A stretch of 23,556 nt of DNA. Source: Octopus sinensis. Its lineage: Eukaryota. Shown here piece by piece: positions 1-11,365 of the stretch. The notes beneath the pieces were generated by a model. It saw only the letters and a list, made by a program, of their open reading frames with translations, searched no databases and was not told where the DNA came from. The stretch is from contig NW_021823592.1 of NCBI RefSeq assembly GCF_006345805.1, forward strand, positions 1 through 23,556, written 5' to 3'. Within the stretch, counting starts at the first letter, position 1, and every line of letters begins with the position of its first letter. Both the position numbers and the translations under genes were made by a program.

Positions 1-649
1 GGAAATAGGTAGTTAGTGACCTACTAACCGAGTGTGTGTTTTCATGTCACTGAGGACAATTATTAAAGAAGTTATGCCCTGAGGAGAATAAAATGGAAAA
101 TGGAAAAAAAATATATATATAAAAAACAAAAATGGAAGAAAAAAAGCAGAAAAGTCCTGTTTGATTGAAGACGGGTACAGTTCTAAATTTAAGTATAAAC
201 ACCTTAGAATACTAAGTGTCTTATTTCAAATTTTAATTAATGATTATTAATCCTGTCACATGGAGATACAAGCACTGTAATAAATTACGCTTTCGTTTAT
301 ATGACTCATAAAATATTCCATCAAGAGTGTAAAGCGCTGAAAGACAAGCTGTAATGGCTTCATTTACTCGCAACAATAACAACACAGCAAAAACGCTCAG
401 AAATTATGCTTTGGTTTATTTAGTCGACTAGCGGTCTCGTGACACACCTGTCTATGCAGTGTTATATATTCTGTGCATGACGTTTAAACATATAATTTGC
501 TACATGTCAAATGTAAGGAACGCATCAATCACTTTCAATAACGTCAATCGTAAAATGATATATTTTATGAGCATCACACTGTGACAAAAACATAAAAATA
601 TATAAGAAAAAGAGCAGCATGTCTTTGTAGGATACGAAACAGGTATTAT

Positions 650-1282
650 ATCTCCAACAACCACATTTGACTCATTTCCGAGGTATGACAAGGAGGAGCC
701 AAGTCCTGTTGTCCCACATGGTCTTCCAATAGCAACCCTCTCCTGTCAGAGTTTTATCACGGTCTCCAACTGATTCACATCGCCATCTGAATTGAGCCTA
801 AGACTGTTCAAAGATGTGAGGCGACAGGACATCGCCATCACTGGAGACACACCCAAAGACCATCACAGTCTGAGGTAACTTGGTTGTCTCGGTACGTGGG
901 ACATCACATGGATTGTAGGTAAGCTGCTTGTTGTTCTGGGTGATGTGCATCTGGTTGCGGCAGAGGTTCTCTTCATTGAGAAGAACCAGATCATCTCCGG
1001 CTCACCAAAATTACTCAGCTTTCTCAAGAGCAGATTTCCCTTCGTCAAGCGGGGCTCTTACACCTTGGCTACCAGAATTTGTCCTTTGCTCCAATTGTAC
1101 GAACGATAGTGAATGTCCTCATTCAGGACCAGTTTTGTGGTCACGATCCCCACACCCATCTCTTTCGCTAAAGCCCGGATTTCCTTGTTCGGATTTTCTA
1201 TCACCGTGTCCTGCTGTTGGTAGATGAAAACCGGCGTGCAAGCGCAGTCAGAACGCCGTCTGTAGCTCTTCCTGCTGTCCAT
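650..1282 (-). pseudogene. Decayed IS630/Tc1/mariner transposase (DD37D/maT-like), 3'-truncated
   Basis: Minus-strand translation across frameshifts: ...IENPNKEIRALAKEMGVG..LNEDIHYRSY..KGQIL (HTH region), GEPEMIWFFS[D]EENL (first D motif), KLPQTVMVFGCVSSDGDVLSPHIFEQ, LRLNSDG, GRP.VGQQDLAPPCHTSEMSQMWLLE (second D motif). The SPDLNPLD motif is absent. Track ORFs 1058-1366 and 863-1048 are pieces of this. Confidence 0.88.
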
Positions 1283-1440
1283 GTTACACCTTCTAAAATA
1301 TAGTGTGTTCCCAGAGCATTGAGTAGCAGCCATATTGTCAGCATTTTGATACTCAGTACAAATCATCCCAATACAGGCAACTCTTTTCCAATATCAAGAT
1401 GAATTCTTGTCCTCAGTGCTAGGTATCTTTTTTCTCAACT

Positions 1441-1827
<387 letters not shown>

Positions 1828-2225
1828 CCAAAGTATAATGGTCATGTAATCGCAATCTCAGTTGCTTTGTCCACGAGGGACCTTACAGTTTGAGCTAAGT
1901 GCTTCTACAATACCAACAGATTTGGCTTTGAAGAAGCTGTAGACTGTCGCGCTGGCTCTCAATTCTGGACACACGCTACCTTACAATGGAAACGGCTGTA
2001 AGCCAATGCTGGTGATTTTATAACTCCTGTTCGTTTTTCATTCATTTGTTAATTAATGATACTCTCTTTTCTCATTTTATGATACATATAAGATTTCGGA
2101 GTGGAAGGCCTCAGACAATTCAGTCCTCGTCGTCGGAGCTTACTAGTAATGGGAAGAATAAATCTTTTGAGTTGTAAAAACTAGTTATTGGCAATGTAGA
2201 AATATAATGTATATGAAATACACAT

Positions 2226-2625
2226 TCTTTTCTACTCTAGGTACAAGGCCCGAAATTTTGGGGGAGGAGCTAGTCGATTAGATCGACCTCAGTATCCAAC
2301 TGGTACTTAATTTATCGACCCCGAAAGGATGAAAGACAGAGTCAACCTCGGCGGAATTTGAACTCAGAGCATAAAGACAGACGAAATACCTATTTCTTTA
2401 CTACCCACAAAGGGCTAAACACAGAGGGGACAAACAAGGATAGACAAACGGATTAAGTCAATTACATCGACCCCAGTGCGTAACTGGTACTTATTTAATC
2501 GACCTCAAAAGGATGAAAGGCTAAGTCGACCTCGGCAGAATTTGAAATCAGAACGTAACGTCAGACGAAATACGGCTACGCATTTCGCCCGGCGTGCTAA
2601 CGTTTCTGCCAGCCCCTCGCCGCCT
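2226..2625 (-). mobile_element. Dimeric tRNA-derived SINE (family A full monomer plus 5'-truncated second monomer with a different tail)
   Basis: Minus strand begins ggcggcgaggggctggcagaaacgttagcacgcc (A-box region) and carries the ctttcatcctttcggggtcgataaa..aagtaccag core twice. It is flanked by tatatgaaatacacat (2210-2225) and tatatgaaatacatat (2626-2641), a TSD with 1 mismatch. Confidence 0.9.
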
Positions 2626-2807
2626 TATATGAAATACATATTTGATATTAAATCAACACTATGATTGATATTATGATTATAACTAACCCTTCAAGGAGAT
2701 ATCCCAGCAATACTCATTCCAGAGATAGAAATTAGTAATGTAAATAATAAATAGAGTGAAGGAGAAACTTACCAAACGTGAAAAACTAGACTTTATTTAA
2801 AATGTGT

Positions 2808-3088
2808 GAAGGCGCATGGCTCAGTGGTTAGAGCGTCAAGCTTACGATCGTGAGGTTGTGAGCTCGAATCCCGGACCGGACTGCGTGTTGTGTTCTTAAG
2901 CAAGACACTGTGCCAAGCTGTATTGGCCTTTGCCTTTCCCTTGGATAACATCAGTGGTGTGGAGAGGGGAGGCCGGTATGCAGGGCAACTACTGGCCTTC
3001 TATAAAACAACTTTTCCCGGACTTGTGCCGTGGAGGGTAACTTTCTAGGTGCAATCCCATGGTCAGTCATGATCGAAGGGGATCTCAG
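2808..3088 (+). mobile_element. tRNA-derived SINE (family C; head followed by gtgttgtgttcttaagcaagacact core)
   Basis: A box tggctcagtgg and B box gctcgaatccc; perfect 13-bp TSD atttaaaatgtgt at 2795-2807 and 3089-3101. Confidence 0.9.
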
Positions 3089-3292
3089 ATTTAAAATGTG
3101 TTATGTTAAGCTACACCATGCATTAATATATGTCGGTTTTCTCTTCTCTGAGTGGTTACGGCGTGAGTCTTGATGGTGATTTCTCTCTTTCCCATTTTAA
3201 TGCCTCTTACAGGTAGCCCGTTTCGAATCTCTTTCAATGAATTCTTTTCATTTTTTCCGTAGCCTGAGATTTTAGTAATTCAAAACAAGTGC

Positions 3293-3321
3293 TGCTACTA
3301 CTACTACTACTACTACTACTA
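3293..3321 (+). repeat. (CTA)n trinucleotide microsatellite
   Basis: Direct tandem array. Confidence 0.95.
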
Positions 3322-3539
3322 TAATATATGCATGTGTATATATATATATATCACGCACGCACCGTCACTAATTACTCGGGTGACCTTTATATAGTAAAAC
3401 ATGCAAAAAAATAACGTAACACAAGCCCAAGACTGAGTTGAAGGTAGATTACTTCTGCCTTTATAGTACGTAAGAAAACGGTGTTGTAGGAATGTACGCA
3501 GCACGTATATAATATATATATATACATATACTATATATA

Positions 3540-3583
<44 letters not shown>

Positions 3584-3685
3584 GGAGTAAACACATAAAT
3601 GTGAAACAGGTGGAAAAAAGAGTACTCAAATACCAGTGGTTAGAGTAATATGCTTTATTTAAAGCAGCAGAAAATTTAACAAAAC

Positions 3686-3723
3686 CTGTTACGCTGAGTT
3701 TCACGTTGCCGTTCATCGGACAG
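3686..3723 (-). ncRNA. Minimal type-I hammerhead ribozyme motif, mirror copy
   Basis: Minus strand reads ctgt-ccgatga-acg-GCAA-cgt-gaaactcagc-gta-acag, with a GNRA loop on stem II and one stem III mismatch. Confidence 0.65.
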
Positions 3724-3746
3724 TTTTGCTAGAATTCTAGCAAAAA

Positions 3747-3784
3747 CTGTCCGATGAACGGCATCGTGAAACTCAGAGTAACAG
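3747..3784 (+). ncRNA. Minimal type-I hammerhead ribozyme motif (CCGAUGA core variant)
   Basis: Stem I ctgt (3747-3750) / acag (3781-3784); core ccgatga (3751-3757); stem II acg-gcat-cgt; gaa; near-palindromic stem III actc-a-gagt; GUA cleavage triplet ending at 3780. Confidence 0.7.
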
Positions 3785-4080
3785 GTTTTGTTGAATTTTC
3801 TGCTGCTTTAATTAATATATTATATATATATATATTATATACGCATTCATGTATGTATAACATATAATATATAATATATATATATATATATATTTAAAAC
3901 ACATGTTGAAAACATGTGTGTTAGAAAGCTGAAAAACAATTTTAAAGCGCATATACAAAATCTTCCTGTCATCATGTCGGCGTTAATCTGATTTCTTTTA
4001 AAGATATTTCAAGATAATTGATAATTTTCAATTCAAATAAAGAAAACTTTACATATTGCAGACATATGAAGGAAGTTATA

Positions 4081-4111
<31 letters not shown>

Positions 4112-4164
4112 AAATAAATAAATAAATAAATATATAAATATATAAATATATATATATATATATT

Positions 4165-4203
<39 letters not shown>

Positions 4204-4221
4204 ATATATATATATATATAG

Positions 4222-4253
<32 letters not shown>

Positions 4254-4258
4254 ATATT

Positions 4259-4895
4259 TTAACGTAGGATAAAATTTTTTTCGAAAAAAATTCTTTCCAA
4301 AAAAAATCTTATCAATGGCCAGCATGTTAAAATATACCTTCGTCATCTTTTGCCACATGTAACACTGACGAAGGGAGGGCTGTTATAAGCTAACCATGAA
4401 ATCGGTCCGATATGATAATAATGGAATGTTTTAGAAATTTCTGTCGACCTTTTTTCGAGTAGAGTGCGAATTGTGAAAGAAAGTTTTTCGGCATATTTGG
4501 CATTAGAAATTTTTTCGTTTGCCCTTATTTATGAATTGTTTATAAATTTAACCTTTAAAGATATTTTTTTAATATGCTGGCCATTGATAATATTTGTTTT
4601 GGAAAAGAATTTTTTTCGAAAAATTTTTTATCCTACATTAAGATATAAATTTAAGCGTTCACTTCCGGACTCGTTCACTCTGTGAGAGCATCAGTTCAAA
4701 TCGCACGTGTCTCAAATGGGCTGGAGTATTTCTATTTTGGATGTATTTGGGGTACTTAGTTGTGCTCATGACTTAGTGTTTGCTTTTTAAATGGGTATGA
4801 GTAAGTATCTCATTTATTTCCTTTGCCACATGTATCACTGACGAAGGGACATATTTGGCATTAGAAATGTTTTCGTTTGCTCTTATTTATGAATT
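4259..4895. mobile_element. Penelope-like terminal remnant with inverted and direct repeats and a degenerate hammerhead
   Basis: Inverted repeat 4259-4332 vs 4567-4641. Direct repeats tttgccacatgtawcactgacgaaggga (about 4349-4376 vs 4822-4849) and catatttggcattagaaat..ttatgaatt (4492-4537 vs 4850-4895). Hammerhead-like ctgacga (4365-4371) ... gaaa (4398-4401) tcg-gtc. Confidence 0.55.
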
Positions 4896-4906
4896 ATATA
4901 TATATA

Positions 4907-5300
4907 GGAGTGGCTGTGTGGTAAGTAGCTTGCTCACGAACCACATGGTTCCGGGTTCAGTCCCACTGCGTGGCACCTTGGGCAAGTGTTTCCACTATAG
5001 CCTCGGGCCGACCAAAGCCTTATGAGTGGATTTGGTAGAGGGAAACTGAAAGAAGCTCGTCGTATATATGTGTGTATATATATGTATGTGTGTGTATATG
5101 TTTGTGTGTCTGTGTTTGTCCCCCCAACATCACTTGACAACCGATGCTGGTGTGTCTATGTGCCCGTAACTTAGCAGTTCGGCAAAAGAGCCCGATAGAA
5201 TAAGTACTATGCTTCTAAAGAATAAGTACTGAGGTCGATTTGCTCGACTAGAGGCGGTGCTCCAGCATGGCCGCAGTCAACTGACTGAAACAAGTAAGAG
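4907..5300 (+). mobile_element. tRNA-derived SINE (family B, with internal TA/TG microsatellite), near full length
   Basis: Head ggagtggctgtgtggtaag.. with B box ggttcagtccc, then ccttgggcaagtg core, internal (TG/TA)n, and tail ..ggcggtgctccagcatggccgcagtcaactgactgaaacaag. A second copy lies at 20294-20653 on the opposite strand. Confidence 0.92.
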
Positions 5301-5563
5301 AGAAAGAGAAAGGAGAGAGAGATATGCGTCTGTGTATGAATATGATTATACGTGTATATATGTATAAATGTATGCGTGTATGTATGTATGTATGTATGTA
5401 TATATGTATGTATGTGTGAATGTATATATATATAGCGAAAGAGAGAGAGAGAGATAGAGAGAGAAGGAAAGTGAGAATGAAAAACAAGAAGGAAAGGAAG
5501 AAAGGAAAGGAAGAATGTAGTCGTGTACTGAAATGGTACATAATTTCGTGATACCGAACAAAT

Positions 5564-5659
5564 GACTTTGGCGGGATGTGAATTAAGAATTCAGAGGCAA
5601 GAACGACTACCGCAAGGCATTTTCGCTGACGCTTTAATGATTCTGCCAACTCCCCGCCT
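5564..5659 (-). mobile_element. Diverged 5' head fragment of family A-type SINE
   Basis: Minus strand gaggcggggagttggcagaatcattaaagcgtcagcgaaaatgccttgcggtagtcg.. aligns by eye to the family A head. Confidence 0.65.

Positions 5660-5697
<38 letters not shown>
5660..5697 (+). repeat. (CTA)n microsatellite
   Basis: Direct tandem array. Confidence 0.95.
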
Positions 5698-6395
5698 AGA
5701 AATAAGCAGAAGCAAATGTTTGATTTTTACCGTTCTTACCACTTGTCTAAATATAGAGAAAGGGACGATGTGATGCTGGTGGCGTATCTTCTAAGGAAAT
5801 CTCATTGAGAATATTCTATAGAAAAACATGAAGACTTGAAGACCCTCATCACATCATCCCAGGAAAAACAAGATGAAGAAACGCCCAGTAAATATATCCA
5901 TTTGGCAATCTGTTTCGCACAACCTGCTTCAATGCTCACGCGCACACACAAATAAAAAACTGTTGTATATCTACACACATATATATAGAGAAAGGTAGAT
6001 AGATATATAACAGTGTTTGTGCGTGTGTGTGTGTATATATCTGTATTATATATATGTGTATTATAATATTATATATATATATATATATATATTATATATT
6101 ATAATATATATAATATATATTATATATATATATATTATATATATATAAAATATCTATATATATATATATACGGGGTGTATGTACTCATGTAAATTTATAA
6201 TCCTACATGCTTAAACACGCACACACATATATATACATGCATACATATATATGTACTTATAGACAACAGTATATAAAGATATACGGAAATTGTACACAAA
6301 GTGATATTATATATATATATATATATAATATGATGCATATATGGATATCTATATGTCTACCACCACTTATACCTACGAATATATGTGTATAATAT

Positions 6396-6474
<79 letters not shown>

Positions 6475-6639
6475 TATGTATTTATGTGTGTATCATATAT
6501 ATGTAGGTATAAGTGTGTATAGACTTACATATATATATATGTATGTAGTATGTATGTATGTATGTATGTATGTACGTATATATACGTAGGTATAAGTGTA
6601 TAGACATACAGATATATATATATAAATGCATCATATATA

Positions 6640-8337
6640 TATGCACACTGTCATACATATGTTCATATACATACATACATGCATACATACTTATATACAT
6701 ACACACATACATACATACACACATACATACACACGTGCATGCATACATACATACATACATACATACATACGTACGTACATACATACATACATACATACAT
6801 ACATGCATGCATGCATACATACATGCATACATACATGCATGCATGCATGCATACATGCATGCATGCATACATACATGCATACATACATACATACATGCAT
6901 ACATACATGCATGCATACATACATACATACATACATACATACATGCATGCATACATACATACATACATACATACATGCATACATACATGCAAGCATACAT
7001 ACATACATACATACATACATACATACATGATACATGCATACATACATACATACTACATACATACATGCATACATACATACATACATACATGCATGCATAC
7101 ACATACATACATACATACATGCATACATACATCATGCATACATACAATACTTACATACATACATACATACATACATAACATACAATACATACATGACAAT
7201 ACATACAACATACATACATACATACAGACAGACAGACATACATACATACATACATACTACATACATACATACATATACATACATACATACATGCATACAT
7301 ACATGCATGCATACATACATACTTACATACATACATACATGCATACATACATACATACATACATACATACATACAGACAGACAGACATACATACATACAT
7401 ACATACGTACATACATACATACATATACATACATACATACATGCATACATACATGCATGCATACATACATACATACATACATACATACATACATACATAC
7501 ATGCATGCATACATAGATACATACATACATACATACATGCATACAAATACATACATACATGCATGCATACATACATACATACATACAACATGCATAATAC
7601 ATGCATGCATACATACTACTTACATACAACATACATGCATACATACATACATACATACATACATGCATACATACATGCATGCATACATACATACTTACAT
7701 ACATACATACATGCATACATACATACATACATACATACATGCATACATACATACATACATACATACATGCATACATACATGCATGCATACATATTACTTA
7801 CATACATACATACATGCATAATACATACATACATACATACATACATACACTACATACATGCATACATACATACAACATACATACATACATACAACAACAT
7901 ACATATACACATGCATCATGCATACATACATACATACATACATACATACATACATACATACATACAGAGAGACAGACATACATACATACATACATACGTA
8001 CATACATACATACATATACATACATACATACATGCATACATACATGCATGCATACATACATACATACATACATACATACATACATACATACATACATACA
8101 TGCATGCATACATAGATACATACATACATACATGCATACATACATGCATACATACATACATGCATACATACATACATACATACATACATACATACATGCA
8201 TACATACATACATATACACATGCATCCATGCATACATACATACATAGATAGATACATACATACATACATACATACACACACACACATACATACATACATA
8301 CATACATACATACATACATACATACATACATACATAC
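6640..8337 (+). repeat. ~1.7-kb compound (TACA)n/(TGCA) satellite
   Basis: Direct tandem array with TGCA, GACA and CGTA variants; source of all HTYI/MYVC ORFs between 6482 and 8498. Confidence 0.98.
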
Positions 8338-8342
8338 GTTCT

Positions 8343-8418
8343 ATCTTTCACAATAGCCTCGACCCGACCAAAGTCTTCTGTTTGAATCTGGTTGGCGAAA
8401 CTGGTAGAATACCGTCCT
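8343..8418 (+). mobile_element. Diverged internal fragment of family B SINE (part before its microsatellite)
   Basis: atagcctcgacccgaccaaagtctt..gaatctggttggcgaaactg..ccgtc resembles atagcctcgggccgaccaaagcctt..ggatttggtagagggaaactg..tcgtc at about 4997-5061. Confidence 0.6.
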
Positions 8419-8639
8419 ATTTATACAGAAACCGTAGTATGGAAGATTGCAATGCAACAGCGCGTCATCGCATCTATTACTCGTTCATGAGCGACTAGTG
8501 CTGGCGGATTACGCTTTTGCACCATCCAGAATCTGTTCGGGTAGTCGTTGCTGTTGAGGATTTTGTGAGGTCGGGGTACAAACCTGTTTTCGTTGCCTTT
8601 TGCTACATGCTGAGGAAACGTTGGGTCTATTATTTGACA

Positions 8640-8972
8640 CTAGCACTATGACCCGGCAAGTAATGTCCAAATCTCCGACCAATCACATACAGCTAGCTGG
8701 CATTCAATTGGCGTATCAAGTTTCGGGCATTTTGATTGGGTTTTGGATAGAAAATTCACAAATAAGTCACTTCTTCTGATTTTTTTAATGGCTTTGCAGG
8801 GTGACTGGGGAAATGTAAAGATGTGCACGACCACCCTTGGACGGTTTTGAATGACCATAGAAAGTGCGAGCCCTCTAACTGAAAAATTGTGGATTTGTAT
8901 AAAGGGCACGCACACACACACACACTCACACACACATACACACACACATATTTTGCCGTTTATATATGGAGA
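8640..8972 (-). mobile_element. Non-autonomous Helitron-like element with internal (CA)n
   Basis: Minus strand starts TCtccatatataaacggc and ends gccgggtcatagtgCTAG, sitting between host A (8973) and T (8639) with no TSD. This fits the Helitron TC...CTRR / A-T rule. The subterminal hairpin appears incomplete. Confidence 0.65.
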
Positions 8973-8984
8973 TGTCGTCCTCAC

Positions 8985-9103
8985 ACAACACGGGAGCAAC
9001 GTAATATGAAGTGTTTTGTTCAACACGCCGCCCAGTCCGGCAATCGAATGCAGGATCAGGCGATCTTGCGTCCAATACTCTAACCACCAGGTCACAGTCC
9101 CTT
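8985..9103 (-). mobile_element. Old tRNA-derived SINE head (family C-like)
   Basis: Minus strand: tgacctggtggttagagt (A box), attcgattgcc (B box), then gtgttgaacaaaacacttcatattacgttgctcc. Confidence 0.6.
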
Positions 9104-9112
9104 CGCAACATA

Positions 9113-9114
9113 TG

Positions 9115-9174
<60 letters not shown>

Positions 9175-9246
9175 GGTGCGTGTTTTTGAGAGAGAGAGAG
9201 AGAGTGTGTGTGTGTGTGTGTGAGTGTGTGTGTGAGTGTGTGTGTG
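9113..9246 (+). repeat. (GT)n/(GA)n compound microsatellite
   Basis: Direct dinucleotide arrays. Confidence 0.95.
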
Positions 9247-9276
9247 CGAAGGAGAGAGTGTGTCTTTCTGTCAGTC

Positions 9277-9430
9277 TTTGTACCCCCGCTGCAAGCGTTG
9301 GTTAGTTTATGTCCCCGTAAACGAGCGGTTAGAATAAGCACCAGGCTTAAAAATAAATAAGTACTACGGTTGTTTTGTAGCTAGTGCCCAGCATGGCCGT
9401 AGTCTAATGACTGAAACACAAATGAAAGAA
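9277..9430 (+). mobile_element. Diverged 3' half of family B SINE
   Basis: tttatgtccccgtaaacgagcggtt..agaataagcaccaggctt..ccagcatggccgtagtctaatgactgaaaca matches about 5156-5292. Confidence 0.75.
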
Positions 9431-9539
9431 GAAAAGAACACACATTCATGCATACATACACATACACACATATCCATCCACCATACATACAAAAACACAC
9501 ATGATACAGACGCACGCGCACATGCATACATACAAACCC

Positions 9540-9556
9540 ATACATATACACATACA

Positions 9557-9612
<56 letters not shown>

Positions 9613-10065
9613 TATACACATACATGCATACATGCATTCATATACATACATACATATATGCATAAGATACACACATACATACATACACACCATACACACA
9701 TACATACATACATACTCAGACATACATACATACATAAATACATACATACACATGCATACATACACACATACTACATAATACATACATACATACATACATA
9801 CAGACAGACAGACATACATACATACATACGTACATACATATACATACATACATACATGCATACATACATGCATACATACATACATACATACATACAATAC
9901 ATACATACATACATACATACATACTACCACACATACAAAATACACATACATACATCATACATACAGGAAAGCAGACATACATACATACATACTACATACA
10001 TATAAACAATACATACATGCATACATACATGCATACATACATACATACATACATACATACATACA

Positions 10066-10096
<31 letters not shown>

Positions 10097-10379
10097 GTAC
10101 ATTCATACATACGCATAAATACATACATACGTGCATACATACATATATACGTACATACATTTATACGTACATCCAGGCATGCATGCATACATAGTACATA
10201 CATATTTACATACAGACAGGCAGGCATACATATATATAGGCATGCATGTATACATGCATACATACATACATGCAGGCATGCAAGCATACATACATACGAA
10301 CATACATGCATACAAGCATACACACACACACATACATACATACATCCAGCCATCCATCCATACATACATACATACATAC
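9540..10379 (+). repeat. (TA)n plus degenerate (TACA)n satellite
   Basis: Direct tandem arrays. Confidence 0.95.
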
Positions 10380-10865
10380 AAAAATACCCCGTTGATGTTG
10401 AAGTTCTAACGAAGGAGCCTTAGATCTAGGTTCGAAACCGATTCTTTCTCTATTGACAAGAAATCTTGAAATAAACTGAATAACGGCGTACATACCATAT
10501 AGATTTGTGCTCTTATATAAGTGTGTACATGGGTGAATGCGTGTATGTATTTCTGTTCATATCAATGTATAAAGCAAAGTCGGATAAACATTCATACTTC
10601 AAAATATTTAACATAAACATTTATCATAATTAAGCGATATAAATTTTATTTATATTCTACCGTAAAGACTTATTTGAAAGTCTAGAATGATTAAGTTAAA
10701 AGCCTCTTTGTTTTGTTTTGTTTTGTAATCATTTTTTTCTTTTTTTTTTTTAGTCCTTTCTGTCTGTTTTGTTCTGTAAGACACGACGATTTTTCGCCAG
10801 AGGTGGCCAAACCGAAGATGGTTTTAACGGCTGCTTCAGAATTGTTTATCCATATATCAACTTCT

Positions 10866-10872
10866 ATGCATG

Positions 10873-10906
<34 letters not shown>

Positions 10907-11365
10907 TGTATGCATGCATGTATGTATGCATGCATGTATGTATGCATGCATGTATTTATGTATGTATGTATGTATGTATGTATGCATGCATGTATGCATG
11001 TATGTATGTATGCATGTATGCATATATGTATGTATGTATGTGTATGTATGTATGTTTTCATGTATGTATGTGTATTTATGATAGCATGTTGTGTTTGAAT
11101 AAATGTATGCGTGTGAGTATATATGTATGTATCACTATCAGGGTATACGTATGTATTCATATGTGTGTGTGTAAGTTTGTTTGTGTGTGCGTCTCTGCGC
11201 GCACGTGTATTTATACATACATACGTACATACATACATACATACATACATACATACATACATACATACATTCATACAAACATACATACATACATACATAC
11301 ATACATACATACATACATACATACATACATACATACATACATGTATACATACATGCATTCGTACA
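10866..11365. repeat. (TATG)n array (10866-11075) facing a (CATA)n array (11213-11365)
   Basis: Same tetranucleotide in opposite orientations, separated by about 140 bp. Confidence 0.95.

Larger units (their letters stand above)
3581..3815. mobile_element. Penelope-like terminal remnant forming a ~150-bp near-perfect palindrome, embedded in (TA)n
   Basis: Arms 3660-3734 and 3735-3810 are reverse complements with a few mismatches (centre gctagaa|ttctagc). Each arm contains a hammerhead motif. Inverted termini plus a hammerhead are typical of Penelope-like elements. Confidence 0.7.

Noticed and set aside
48-1418. 12-bp inverted match cactgaggacaa (48-59 vs 1407-1418) as TIRs of the first transposase remnant
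   Set aside because: The spacing is suggestive, but 60-640 shows no transposase 3' end and there is no TA flank. A 12-bp match could be chance.
2085-2140. Minus-strand ccgacga...ctcc-gaaa pattern
   Set aside because: No clear stem I or stem III; compatible with chance.
2476-2664. Similar short ORFs MRNWYL..RPRRNLNSERN (also 15706-15975, 15977-16162)
   Set aside because: Antisense translations of SINE family A copies, not a protein family.
2811-2880. tRNA-like sequences (also 22765-22836 on the minus strand)
   Set aside because: They have A and B boxes but run straight into SINE bodies and lack a proper acceptor stem, so they are SINE heads rather than tRNA genes.
10782-10855. Minus-strand ctgaagc-agcc...ggc-gaaa hammerhead-like pattern
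   Set aside because: The core is altered, and stems I and III do not pair convincingly.
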